Origin: Gemmatimonadota bacterium
Lineage (GTDB): Bacteria > Latescibacterota > UBA2968 > UBA8231
Direction: 5' to 3'
Assembly: GCA_038153405.1 (NCBI GenBank)
Contig: JAYOYH010000012.1
Coordinates: 1-64,000 of the forward strand
Length of the DNA stretch: 64,000 bases
Made by a program: the position numbers and the translations under genes
The notes under the pieces: model-generated
Told to the model about the DNA's origin: nothing
Seen by the model: the letters and a program-made list of their open reading frames with translations, nothing else
Databases searched by the model: none
Shown: piece by piece, positions 26,908 through 36,781 of the stretch
How the letters are laid out: each line of letters begins with the position of its first letter
How positions within the stretch are numbered: position 1 is the first letter of the stretch

Positions 26908-28460
26908 AGCGCCACCCGAACCTTGGCCTCATCCAGCGCCTGCAGCAGCCCTTCCAACCCATCTTCGTCGAGCGGGTTATCGCGCAGATCAACGGTGACG
27001 AGGGCCTGGAGCTCGAGCAGCACTTCGATACGCCGTATCTGGTTGTCGTTGGCGCGCAAGCGGATCAGCCGATTCAAGCCGCGCAGCGGCGACAGATCAT
27101 CGACCTGATTGAAATCGACGAATAGCAGTTCCAGCGCCGTCAGGCTCGATAAGGCAGATAGGTCGCGCACGCCGTTGCGCGACAGTTCGAGTCCGGTCAG
27201 GTTGACTAGGCCGGCCAGCGGCGAGACGTCTTCTATCCGATTGCGGGAAATATCTAAGGTTTCCAGACTCGTCAGCCGCGCCAGCGGAGACAGGTCCGCA
27301 ATCTGGTTATCGGCTATGTCGAGCAGACGCAGGCGGCGCAGGCCGGCCAGCCCCGAAATATCAACGACCTGGTTGTCGTTCAGCGTCAGCGTCGTCAAAC
27401 GCGTCAGGCGGCGCAGACCAGAAATATCGTTGACCTCGTTGCTAAACAGGCGCAGCGTTTCCAGCAACACCATGTTTTGCAGCGGCGCGACATCGACGAT
27501 GCGATTATTGACCAGCACCAGATCGCGCAGACCGGTCAGGCCGGACAGCGCCGAAATATCGCGCACCGCCGTATTGTTTATCTCCAGGCTCTTCAGCTTT
27601 TTGAGCTCGGCCAGCGGCAGAATGGAAATGATGCCCTCGTCGGCCGACGACGTCGTGCCGCGAATGCTCAGTCGCTCGAGGTTTTCCAACTGCTCCAAGC
27701 CAGTCAGTGAAGCCGTGCGGCCGGGCACGTTGAGCAGCGTAATGGAGCGCAGATCACTCGGCGTTAGATCAGCCGTCGGCTTATCGACGGCGCGGCGCAC
27801 TGCATCTTCTAGACGGGGGTCTTCAAAGGCGATGGCCGGCTCGTAAAAACCTACGTGCAGGATGCGCGCGCGCAGGGCTATTACGTCTTCGCTGGTCAAG
27901 GGGTTACCCGACAGTTCGACGCTCTGCAGACGCCGCAGCGAGGCCAGGGCACCAATGTCGCCCACGGCGTTGTTGTCGATATTGAGCACCTGCAGCAGCA
28001 GCAGCGAGCGCAGCGGCGCGATATCGGTGATCTCGTTGTCATCGAGGTTGAGATGGGTGAGCTGGCGCAGGCCGGACAGCGGCGCGATATCGCGAATGGC
28101 ATTGAGCGAGAGGTCGAGCACTTGCAGGCGCCGCAGCGCCGACAGCGGCGCGATGTCGACGATCTCGTTGTCCGATAGAAAGAGCGCCTCTAGTCCCGCC
28201 AGATCCTCGACCCCCTGCAGCGAAACCACGCCCTCGCCGGACGCAGACAGCGCGCTAAGCGACGCCAGGTCGTCGTCCTGCAGCGCTCCGCCGGGCTGCT
28301 CGAGGACACGGCGCACGGCGCGCTCCAGACCAGCGTCGACAAAGTGCGTGTGCTCATACGCGACATCCTCTACAGCTGGGTCCTGAGCTACCGGTGCGCG
28401 CTCCTGCGCACAGGCGCACAGCACGAGGCACAGCAAGACCCACGACGCGCGCGCAGACAT
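26904..28460 (-). CDS. Internalin-like leucine-rich repeat lipoprotein
   Basis: Lipobox-like LCAC. Two modules, each with an F.D..LE.AVR cap followed by 22-residue LxxLxLxxNxIxDIxPLxxL repeats. Confidence 0.9.
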   Translation of the reverse strand: MSARASWVLLCLVLCACAQERAPVAQDPAVEDVAYEHTHFVDAGLERAVRRVLEQPGGALQDDDLASLSALSASGEGVVSLQGVEDLAGLEALFLSDNEIVDIAPLSALRRLQVLDLSLNAIRDIAPLSGLRQLTHLNLDDNEITDIAPLRSLLLLQVLNIDNNAVGDIGALASLRRLQSVELSGNPLTSEDVIALRARILHVGFYEPAIAFEDPRLEDAVRRAVDKPTADLTPSDLRSITLLNVPGRTASLTGLEQLENLERLSIRGTTSSADEGIISILPLAELKKLKSLEINNTAVRDISALSGLTGLRDLVLVNNRIVDVAPLQNMVLLETLRLFSNEVNDISGLRRLTRLTTLTLNDNQVVDISGLAGLRRLRLLDIADNQIADLSPLARLTSLETLDISRNRIEDVSPLAGLVNLTGLELSRNGVRDLSALSSLTALELLFVDFNQVDDLSPLRGLNRLIRLRANDNQIRRIEVLLELQALVTVDLRDNPLDEDGLEGLLQALDEAKVRVAL

Positions 28461-31096
28461 TAGCGCTCTACTCCGGCGTAGACGGTGAGAAATCCGCGCG
28501 TGCGCGTGCGCGTGCCCTCAACTTCAAAATGGCGCCGCGTCATATCAAAGCCCAACACCGTCGTCAGTCGATAGCCCTGATAGTCGGATATATTGGTCAG
28601 CTGCGCGACGATCGTCGTCTCGTAAAAGGAATCCTCATAGCCCGGTGGCGTCGGGTTGCGCAGTTGGCTAAAGCGATGGTGTTCGACGCCGCCCTCGACG
28701 TAGGAACTAAGAAAAACCGGCAAGCGCGACATGAGGATAAAGATTTCGCTGAGTTCGCGACGGTGCGGCGCACGGCGATCGATGGGCGACTCGCGGCGAA
28801 ACTCGCTCTTCCAGGCGGGAATCAGCGTCAGGCGGCCTAGCTGCACGCGGTATTCTGCCTTGTTGATCAGACCGAGGAAATAGCCCTCGTCGCGCTGGTT
28901 GCGCAGCTCCAATTGGATGCCGTCATCGCGCTGGTGATACCACTGCCACTTAAAGACATTCTTCAGTTTTAACGCCGAAAAGCGCGTTAGATCGAGTCCG
29001 AGCCAGGTCGTGTTGATGACGGTATTGCGCGCCGGCAGGGCATCGCGCTGAGGCAGCAACTCGCCGCGCGAGTTGGGCAACTGCACCCACTGCAGTAAGT
29101 CGTCTTCTATGTCGTCTTCTACCTGGCGTAGATCTTGAAAAAAGCGCACGCGCGCCCAGCGGAACGGGTGGTCGGCCGTCACGATGGCGTAGTCGGCCCG
29201 GCTCTGTCCATCGTCGGCTATTTCGCGTAGGCGTTGACGACCCAGCGTCAGGCGCACATCGGGCAGCAGAAATACACCGCCGTACACATTGTACCCGCGG
29301 CGATCGCGGCGGTAGGGATAATCGGCTTCCTCGTCGTTTTCAAAGCGATCAACCGTGCCGTTGTGGTTCATATCGATGCCGTATTGATACTCTGGACGAT
29401 CGGTGTGAAAGCGCAGAAAGGGCTCGTCGTAGTCGGGCACTCGGTTGGGGCTAGCCGGGCTGTCGTTCTGATTGAAGTCGGATATGAAGTCGTTGTTCTC
29501 GTCCCATCCAGGAAAGACTTCGACGTCGCCGGAAGTAAAGCCGCTGCGCTCCCAGTCGGGAAAGCGATCCTGGTCGTCGTTATCGTCGACAAACTCGAAG
29601 TAGCGAAAGTTGGAGCCGTAGTCTACGACGCCGTTCTGATCGACCACGTGCAGTCCGGTGCGATAGTTGGGCCCGGTGCGAAACGCCTCGAGAAAGCCGA
29701 AGTAGGGATAGCTTTGCTTGGACGCATTGAACATCCAGGCCAGCGCTTCGTCGCCGCCGACGTGGTGCTTTTGCAGTGCTGGATTGGGATATTGCCGATA
29801 CTGGTTGTTGACGTTGATCTCAAAATAGGCGTCCAGCCCTTCGAGATCGGTCATCTCCACCGTGAAGCCGGCAAGTTGGTTGGCCGTCGGCAGGCCGTAG
29901 TCGATGGCCAGCACGCGCTGGTTGGACGAATCCTTGACGTTGCCCGCCGCGCGAGCGACGGGTATGAAGACGACGTTGCCCTGAACGTTGTTCTGGCGAT
30001 CGGAAGCCATCTCGACTCGGTAGTCATTGGCCAGCACCAATTCGATCTGCACGCGTTTGATCTCACCCGGATCGGGGCCGGTATAGGAGCGATCCTGCAG
30101 GTCGTAGCGCAGCGCGATGGTCTCACTACCGTCGGCCGACAGGTAGCCGCGGCGCTGAAAGCCACCTTCGACAAGCGGGCGAAAGCCTATTTCCGATCCG
30201 CGCGTCTGCCGACCCTGCGTATCCCATATGACGATATCGTGCGCAAAGAGCGCGCCGCCGGCTTCGCCGTCTTCCGGCGAGTCGTCGCCGATCAGCACTT
30301 CAATCAGCGTCACGTGGGCCAGGTTTTGCTCACCCGTCAGATTGCCCTTGAGAATATTGCCGTTAAATACCTCGGTCTGCGTTTGCGCGTGGTGCGCGTT
30401 GACAAAGGTGCCGCCTACTTTGACAAAATCGCCGACCTGCATCTCGACCCGTCCGCCGAGCAGGCTGGTGTTATTCGATGTTTCGGAGCCGCCGGTATTG
30501 CTGATGCGCGACAGCAGCAGCGTCGCGGCGTACTTGTCGGACTGGAAGTCCCACTGGATGCCGTCAAAGCGCGGCTTGGAAAACGTCATCGGCGTCAGCG
30601 TTGTGCGCAGTTCGTTGCCAATGGTGATGGCGTAGTGGAACTGTCCCTTGTGATCGGAGGCGATCAGCAGATTGGAAAACCAGCCGCCAAAGCGCCCATC
30701 CTTGGTCAGCAGCGAGCCAAAGGGCTGTGGGTTTTGCTGGCGCCAGTCGAATACCAGCCAACCGCGCGTCAGCAAATTGCCATACGCGTCGTAGATGTAG
30801 TTGCCTTCTAGCGTCGTCGACACGTAGCGCTGGTAATTCTCGCGCGCGTAGTTGGAGTATTCCCACTGCCGCCAGTTGAACTCGTTGTAGAGCTCCTGCG
30901 GCACGTACCACTTGCGCACACTCGGATCCAGCGCGTCGAACAGCACGCCCGACCCCGTCGGCTCCCACGACACCTTGCCGCCGCGCTTTACGTTGCCCAA
31001 ACGCGCACCGTAGTCCTGCGCCCACAGCGGCGCGAACGCCACCAATAAGATGAACGCTGCGGCCAGCGCTCCTGACGTGTATGGTCTCTTTTGCAA
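28460..31096 (-). CDS. Large secreted, putative outer-membrane beta-barrel protein (paralog 2)
   Basis: Probable TTG start at 31096 with signal peptide (LWA-Q), amphipathic beta-strands, and Asp-rich loops. Colinear similarity to 34037-36781. Confidence 0.6.
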   Translation of the reverse strand: MQKRPYTSGALAAAFILLVAFAPLWAQDYGARLGNVKRGGKVSWEPTGSGVLFDALDPSVRKWYVPQELYNEFNWRQWEYSNYARENYQRYVSTTLEGNYIYDAYGNLLTRGWLVFDWRQQNPQPFGSLLTKDGRFGGWFSNLLIASDHKGQFHYAITIGNELRTTLTPMTFSKPRFDGIQWDFQSDKYAATLLLSRISNTGGSETSNNTSLLGGRVEMQVGDFVKVGGTFVNAHHAQTQTEVFNGNILKGNLTGEQNLAHVTLIEVLIGDDSPEDGEAGGALFAHDIVIWDTQGRQTRGSEIGFRPLVEGGFQRRGYLSADGSETIALRYDLQDRSYTGPDPGEIKRVQIELVLANDYRVEMASDRQNNVQGNVVFIPVARAAGNVKDSSNQRVLAIDYGLPTANQLAGFTVEMTDLEGLDAYFEINVNNQYRQYPNPALQKHHVGGDEALAWMFNASKQSYPYFGFLEAFRTGPNYRTGLHVVDQNGVVDYGSNFRYFEFVDDNDDQDRFPDWERSGFTSGDVEVFPGWDENNDFISDFNQNDSPASPNRVPDYDEPFLRFHTDRPEYQYGIDMNHNGTVDRFENDEEADYPYRRDRRGYNVYGGVFLLPDVRLTLGRQRLREIADDGQSRADYAIVTADHPFRWARVRFFQDLRQVEDDIEDDLLQWVQLPNSRGELLPQRDALPARNTVINTTWLGLDLTRFSALKLKNVFKWQWYHQRDDGIQLELRNQRDEGYFLGLINKAEYRVQLGRLTLIPAWKSEFRRESPIDRRAPHRRELSEIFILMSRLPVFLSSYVEGGVEHHRFSQLRNPTPPGYEDSFYETTIVAQLTNISDYQGYRLTTVLGFDMTRRHFEVEGTRTRTRGFLTVYAGVER

Positions 31097-31103
31097 AATC
31101 GGC

Positions 31104-32102
31104 CTAGTGCAGCGCCACGCGCTGCCCCGTGCGCGACGACTCCAGTGCCGCCGCGATAATGCGCAGCGTGCCCGCCGCGCTGCCGGCTTCGGCCAGCAGG
31201 GGCGCACCGCTGAGCGCGCAATCGTTAAAGTGTTCGATAGCCGGCGTGAAGGGACGCGTTCCCGTTGCAAAAGAAAACTCCTCCTCCTCTTCCCCCTTAT
31301 ATACTGTGAAGTGGCTTTCTTCTGCCGGATGGCAGGGCACGGGCACGGCGATGTGACCTTGGGTGCCAAATAGGTGTGCGCCCTGCCCAACGGGTGCGTC
31401 AAAGCCGGAGACTAACGCGGCCTGCCGACCAGCGCCAAAATCCAGCACCGTGCTAGTGCGCGTGTCGACGCCGTAATCTGCATCGATGCAGCACTGTGCC
31501 TGTACGGCAATGGGTTCGCAGCCGAAGACGTAGCGCGCGAAGGTGATTGGATAGCAGCCGACGTCCATGAGACTGCCGCCGGCCAGCGCCTTGTTCATGC
31601 GAATATTGTCCGTCGGTCGCTCCAGCGAAAAGCTAAAATGCGCCTGCACCTGCACGATCTGGCCGATAATGCCTTCGTCGAGCAGGGCGCGCAGTTTGAG
31701 AGTCTGTGGGTGGCAGCGAAAGACAAAGGCCTCGAAGAGCAGCACGCCGCTGTCCCGACAGGCCTGCACCATCTGTTCAACTTCGTCTGCGTTGGCCGCC
31801 AGCGGCTTTTCGCAGAACACGTGCTTGCCGCGCCGTGCCGCCGCGATGGTCCACTCGGCGTGCATGGAATTGGGCAGCGGATTGTAGACGGCATCGATCG
31901 CATCGCTGTCCAACATGGCCTCGTAGCTATCAAAGACCTGCGGTATCCCGTGTTTTTCGGCAAAGGCCTGCCCCTTGCTGCGATCGCGGCTGCTCACGGC
32001 AACCAATTCGCCGCCCTTAGCCATCCTGAATGCGGGTATAAATCCCCAGTCGGAAATACCCGCCGTGCTGATAATGCCCCATCGCAGTGTGTTATTGGTC
32101 AT
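31104..32102 (-). CDS. Gfo/Idh/MocA family oxidoreductase
   Basis: LRWGIIST, DAVYNPLPN..H, HVFCEKP, GGSLMDVGCY. Confidence 0.93.
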   Translation of the reverse strand: MTNNTLRWGIISTAGISDWGFIPAFRMAKGGELVAVSSRDRSKGQAFAEKHGIPQVFDSYEAMLDSDAIDAVYNPLPNSMHAEWTIAAARRGKHVFCEKPLAANADEVEQMVQACRDSGVLLFEAFVFRCHPQTLKLRALLDEGIIGQIVQVQAHFSFSLERPTDNIRMNKALAGGSLMDVGCYPITFARYVFGCEPIAVQAQCCIDADYGVDTRTSTVLDFGAGRQAALVSGFDAPVGQGAHLFGTQGHIAVPVPCHPAEESHFTVYKGEEEEEFSFATGTRPFTPAIEHFNDCALSGAPLLAEAGSAAGTLRIIAAALESSRTGQRVALH

Positions 32103-32141
32103 GGCAATCTCCTCTCCGTTTCTATCTAATTGTTCGCCGCA

Positions 32142-34040
32142 TCAGTAGGCAATGGCCAGCGTGCCCATGTGCCGCTCTTCAAAGGCGTTGGCACGCACCC
32201 GCAGCACCCAGACGTAGGTACCCGGCAGCAGGCGCATGCCGTCCAACGTGCCGTCCCAGGCCAGCTGCACTGGACCAATGCCGCGCTCTTCGTCGAGCAG
32301 CGCACCGAGTCGGCGTCCAGCCAAGTCGTAAATTTCTAATTGCACGGGGGCTGGACGCGTGAGTTGCAGCACGTTGAAAAAGACGTCCCAAGCGTCGTTG
32401 ACCCCATCGCCATTGGGCGTAAAAGTGCGCGTATCTATGGCGATATCGCCGACTAATTTGCCGATCTGCGGCTTGGGAATAGCCACCGACAGGCCCGATA
32501 ATTCGGCGATATCAGCCGGCTCGAACTGCACCGCGTCACCCGGCGTAAAGGCCTGCGGCACCTCGGGCGCGCGGCTGGTGTAGGCGCGACCGGAAAAGGT
32601 CGTGCCAAAGCGAAAAATTGGCAGATCAAAGGTCAGTTCGAGCAGTGCACCCTCGTCGCGCACCTGGGCAAAACTGATGCCGAAGCCATCGCTCTCGATA
32701 AAGTCGACGTTATATTCATAGGGCTCGCCGTTGAGCTTGACCTCGCGCACGGCCGATGCGGCAACGCCCGTATCGACTTCTATGCGGTCGAAGCCGCGCA
32801 CGGCACCGCCAACCTGAAACAGGCGCACAGCGTAGCGAAACGTAGCCGCTTTTTCCGCTTCGGCTAGGCGCGGAAAAACTTCGGCCACTAGGCGCCCGGC
32901 AATCGGCGGCTGGATATAGGCAAAGGACATCTCGTCGACGCGACGCGCGGCAAAGAGGTCGCCGTTAAACTCGAACTGAAACTGCACGTAGCGACGCGGA
33001 TTGGGCGCGGCGATTAAATCGCCGTTGCTGGCGGCAAACCACGGGCTCCAGCGGTCCGTATCCTCGACAATACCGCCGCGCGACGTGGGCACGAGTTCGG
33101 CGTATTCCTGGCGCGTCACCTCGACATAGGTTCCCTCGCCCGGCAAGACGCCTGGAATAAACTCGCGAAAGACCAGCGGCGTGTCGTCTAAGCCGGTGCG
33201 CACGCGCACAGATAGCGACGAAAACTCGGGCGTGCCCAGCGCATCCTCAACCCAGTCCACCGCGCCGATCGCCGCGCGGTCACCCATATCGATGATGTCG
33301 GTATAGTAGGCGCCGCGGCGCAAAAAACCCGTGCCGTAGACTTCGACTTCGTCAATTTCAAAGGGCTGGTCGACCAGCGACTTTATTTTGACGTAGCGCG
33401 CATACTGCGACGGCACTTCGATATCGACGATCGGCTCTTCGTTCTCCGCATCGCGCGCCACCAAGACGTCGGGCGTGGTAAAGCTGTCGAGCGCCTCGTT
33501 GATCCACACTTCGTAGCCGCGCAGAAAGTCGTTGTGAAAAGGAGCCGACGGCGTCTCAACCACCGTGTTGCGCGGATAGAAGCGCACGCGCGATACGCCG
33601 ACGGGCGAGCCAAAGTCGAGAATCAGCCAGATGCCGCGCGTCGTCACGCGCGGCTCAAAGAGCGTTGGCTTGCGCTCGAAGGCGAGTTCGTGATCGCCGT
33701 TTACCACACCCTCGAGCTGGGACGGCGGAATGCGGCCCGACGTCGGCGCGGTGACCTTGCCGCTGACCAATACGCGCGCGGCAATATTCTCGCTTTCGTC
33801 AAAGCGCAGCGGCGCGATCCAACCCGGACTATAGTCGTAGTCGATGCTGCCATCGGGCGAGTTGGTCCGTTCGACCTCTCCGCTAAACGAATTGAGTACA
33901 AAGACCGGATCGGTGCCCAGACCACCGCCGCGCCAAGGGCGGACCGGCCCCCCGAGGACAAAGGTCTGGGCCGGCTGTGCTACCGCACCGACGGTGCACC
34001 CTAGCAGCGCCAACCACGCTATCAGCTGCATGCGTCTCAT
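32142..34040 (-). CDS. Secreted discoidin-like + FlgD-Ig domain protein (paralog B)
   Basis: ATG 34040 overlaps the upstream stop. Signal peptide (AVA-Q); DFG.PVGVSRVRFYPR, EVEVYG, VRTG, WSPW...PRRYVQF, FTPNGDGVND, WDG...PGTY. Confidence 0.75.
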   Translation of the reverse strand: MRRMQLIAWLALLGCTVGAVAQPAQTFVLGGPVRPWRGGGLGTDPVFVLNSFSGEVERTNSPDGSIDYDYSPGWIAPLRFDESENIAARVLVSGKVTAPTSGRIPPSQLEGVVNGDHELAFERKPTLFEPRVTTRGIWLILDFGSPVGVSRVRFYPRNTVVETPSAPFHNDFLRGYEVWINEALDSFTTPDVLVARDAENEEPIVDIEVPSQYARYVKIKSLVDQPFEIDEVEVYGTGFLRRGAYYTDIIDMGDRAAIGAVDWVEDALGTPEFSSLSVRVRTGLDDTPLVFREFIPGVLPGEGTYVEVTRQEYAELVPTSRGGIVEDTDRWSPWFAASNGDLIAAPNPRRYVQFQFEFNGDLFAARRVDEMSFAYIQPPIAGRLVAEVFPRLAEAEKAATFRYAVRLFQVGGAVRGFDRIEVDTGVAASAVREVKLNGEPYEYNVDFIESDGFGISFAQVRDEGALLELTFDLPIFRFGTTFSGRAYTSRAPEVPQAFTPGDAVQFEPADIAELSGLSVAIPKPQIGKLVGDIAIDTRTFTPNGDGVNDAWDVFFNVLQLTRPAPVQLEIYDLAGRRLGALLDEERGIGPVQLAWDGTLDGMRLLPGTYVWVLRVRANAFEERHMGTLAIAY

Positions 34041-36781
34041 TGATTTAACCCCGCCGTCACCGTCATAAAGACCGTGCTGGCATCCTGGCGCTGGGCCCCT
34101 TTGAGACTGCGCCGCTGAAGCTGTGCCCCAGTGCGCGTAACAATCTGGTAGCCCTGATAGGCCGTTTGGTTGCGCAGCTGCACTACACCGGTCCACGACG
34201 TGGCGTCGCGTTCAGCGCCTGGGCGCATGCCTTCGAGCAGCCACAGGCGGCCTGCTTCAATGCCTATCTGCAGTTCGGTGCTAAAGAGCTGACGGCCGTA
34301 TTTGGGGAAGTAGCTGACGCCGATACTCTCGGCCAACAGCGGCTGGGTCCACATGAGAATGGCCAGCTGTTCGACGCTTTCCGAAGCCGGCAGGCGGCGG
34401 CTAAAGGGCCGTTCGCGCCGGTACTCGCTCTTCCAGCGCGGCTCCAGAACGCCCAAGCCGATGGGTATGCTCCACTCCGCCTTGTTGATCACGCCGACGA
34501 AAAAGCTGGTCTTGCGCCCTTCGCGCTGGCGCGTCGCTTCGGCCGTTTCGCGCTGTTGAGACCAGTCCCACTTTACGCGGTGAAAGAGCCGCACGCCGCG
34601 ACCTAGACGCTGGTCCACGTCGGCGTAGAGCGCATTTTTCCACGCGTCTAGGCCGGGCAGAACATCGCGCACGTCGATCATGCGCCCGGGCGCATCGAGC
34701 GGCTGCACCCACTGGCGCAGGTCGTCTGCTATATCGTCCTCGACGCGCGCCCCGTGCGCGGCCAAGCGCAGGCGTCCTCCGCGACCCAGCGCGTGTGCCA
34801 GCGTCGCCATGTAATAGTGCGAGCGCGTGCGACCATCGCCGGATAGGAGGCGCATATCCTGACGACCCCATACCCATTTTAGCCCGGGTATGATATCTAC
34901 CTGCACAAAGGCATTATAACCGCTGTGGTCCTTTTTGTAGGGGTAGTCCGGCAAAATGTCGTTCTCAAAACGATCTATCGTGCCGTTGTGGTTCATGTCG
35001 AGGCCAAAGAGAAATTCCGGCCGGTCGGAGCGATAGCGCAGAAAGGGCTCTTCGTAGTCGGGCAGTAAATTGCCGTTTTGGTTGTAATCGTTGAGGAAGT
35101 CGCCGTTTTCATCCAGGCCCGGCCAGGCAATCTCGCGCCGATCGGATTGGATCGTGCCGGCGCGCTGCGCCGCGTCGCTGCCCCAGTTGACAAAGAACGG
35201 ACGCTGCCATTCGGTTAGCCCGTTGAGATCGTCGTCGTCATCGACGAACTCGTAGAGCTGCGGTATCGGATTCTTATAGCGGATGCGCCCGCTCTGGTCG
35301 CTGATCCAATAATTGGTGCTGTAGTCGTCTTCAATGGAGAATAGTTCGGCAAAGAGCGTCCACGCGCCGCGCCGATACTGCGCGTCGAGATAGGAGGCCG
35401 ACGAGAGGTCGGCGCGCTCATAATGATCGGAAATAGCCGGATTGGGATAGCGGAAAAAACGGCGATTAAGCACGAACTCACCCTGCAGCGACAGGCCGCC
35501 CCAGTCCACGAGGTTCCAGTCGACGCCGATGAGTTCGCTGGCCGTCGGCAGCCCGTAGTCGAGGTGCACGACGCGGGTATTGCTGTTGTCCTGCACGTTT
35601 CCGCCCGAGCGCTCAACGGGCAGGAAAACAATTTCGGCATTGCGCGTCTGACCGTCGGTCTGCAGGTCCGATGCCATTTCAATGCGGTAGTCATTGGCCA
35701 CCGAGAGCTCGACGGTCACTCGGCGCAAATCGTCCGACTGGATGTCGTCAAAGTCCAAGCTGCCCAGGTCGTATTCGAGTAGGATACCCTCCTCGTCGCG
35801 CGCAAATAGGCGCCCACCCTGCACGATGCCACCCTCGACGGTCGGCAAGAAGCCGATGTCGCGCCCGCGCAGTTGGCGTCCGCTGGTGTCGACGAGCACG
35901 ATATCAAAACCGGCCAGCGCCGCGCCAACGGCGCCGCGCCCCGGCGAGTCGTCGCGCACGCGCACCCACAGCTTATCGAGCGGCTGATTCTGGCGCGCAG
36001 TGAGAATGCCGTGCAGCGGATTGCCCTCGTCAAATTGGACCTGTGTCAGCACGTTGTGCGCATTGACATAGGTCAGTCCCAGCGTCGTCTGGGCACCGAA
36101 CTGCGCTTCGACGTGGCCGCCCATGACCGTCGTCGAGTTGGTCTGCGCCTCTTCGTCGGGATTGCTCGGCCGCGAGAGCAGCACTGTGCTGCTGTAGCGC
36201 TCGGCCGCATAGTCGAGCCGCACGCCGTTAAAGCGCGGCTTGTAAAAAGTTAGCGGCGTAAAACGAGTAAAGATCTCATCGCCAATCATCAAGCGATAGG
36301 CGCCGGCGCCGCGCTGGTCCGATGCAATGACTAAGCGGCTAAAAAAATCGCGATAGGCCGGTCGCTGATCGCCCATCAGGCGCAGGCTCGACAAGCCTCC
36401 CAGATTCTTGTCCACCACGCTGCCGCGCGGTCCGGGCTGCTCCTGCGTCCAGCTGTAGACGAGCCAACCGCGTCCCAGCGGATTGCCAAAGGTATCGTAG
36501 GATTCTTCTCCTTCGAGCAGGCGGCTGAGATAGCGCGCATAGCCATCGCGCGCATAGTTGCTCTGCTGTGCATACCAAGGACTCATATAGGTCTCGGGCA
36601 AGTAGCGCGGCTCGTACCACTTGTGCAGGGCCGGCGAGACATAGTCCAACTCAAACGCCTCACCGTAGGGATTGATCGTGGCCGTGCCCCAGCGCCGCGG
36701 ATCGACTTCGCGCCCCTGGCCCCAGGCTGTCGCGCAGAGGACGAGCAGCCACAGCACGCTATGCAAGCACACGCCGTTCAA
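34037..36781 (-). CDS. Large secreted, putative outer-membrane beta-barrel protein (paralog 1)
   Basis: Signal peptide (AWG-Q). Shares KWY.P, GWLV..W.Q, TP.TF.KPRF.G, YEFVDD.DD, PG.DEN.DF..D.NQN, DMNHNGT.DRFEND and INKAE with paralog 2. Confidence 0.6.
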   Translation of the reverse strand: MNGVCLHSVLWLLVLCATAWGQGREVDPRRWGTATINPYGEAFELDYVSPALHKWYEPRYLPETYMSPWYAQQSNYARDGYARYLSRLLEGEESYDTFGNPLGRGWLVYSWTQEQPGPRGSVVDKNLGGLSSLRLMGDQRPAYRDFFSRLVIASDQRGAGAYRLMIGDEIFTRFTPLTFYKPRFNGVRLDYAAERYSSTVLLSRPSNPDEEAQTNSTTVMGGHVEAQFGAQTTLGLTYVNAHNVLTQVQFDEGNPLHGILTARQNQPLDKLWVRVRDDSPGRGAVGAALAGFDIVLVDTSGRQLRGRDIGFLPTVEGGIVQGGRLFARDEEGILLEYDLGSLDFDDIQSDDLRRVTVELSVANDYRIEMASDLQTDGQTRNAEIVFLPVERSGGNVQDNSNTRVVHLDYGLPTASELIGVDWNLVDWGGLSLQGEFVLNRRFFRYPNPAISDHYERADLSSASYLDAQYRRGAWTLFAELFSIEDDYSTNYWISDQSGRIRYKNPIPQLYEFVDDDDDLNGLTEWQRPFFVNWGSDAAQRAGTIQSDRREIAWPGLDENGDFLNDYNQNGNLLPDYEEPFLRYRSDRPEFLFGLDMNHNGTIDRFENDILPDYPYKKDHSGYNAFVQVDIIPGLKWVWGRQDMRLLSGDGRTRSHYYMATLAHALGRGGRLRLAAHGARVEDDIADDLRQWVQPLDAPGRMIDVRDVLPGLDAWKNALYADVDQRLGRGVRLFHRVKWDWSQQRETAEATRQREGRKTSFFVGVINKAEWSIPIGLGVLEPRWKSEYRRERPFSRRLPASESVEQLAILMWTQPLLAESIGVSYFPKYGRQLFSTELQIGIEAGRLWLLEGMRPGAERDATSWTGVVQLRNQTAYQGYQIVTRTGAQLQRRSLKGAQRQDASTVFMTVTAGLNQ

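Noticed and set aside
26904..28200. Periodic ~66-bp DNA similarity, considered as a CRISPR or tandem array
   Set aside because: It is explained by 22-residue LRR coding repeats; there are no identical repeats with unique spacers and no cas genes.
29234..30811. 525-aa plus-strand ORF (similarly 37831-39213, 59993-60991, 10438-11235, 48332-49087)
   Set aside because: These are antisense shadows of well-supported genes, expected from high-GC codon bias, and show no recognisable motifs.
31097..31402. N-terminal extension of the 980-aa ORF
   Set aside because: It overlaps the Gfo/Idh/MocA gene; the signal peptide begins near TTG 31096.
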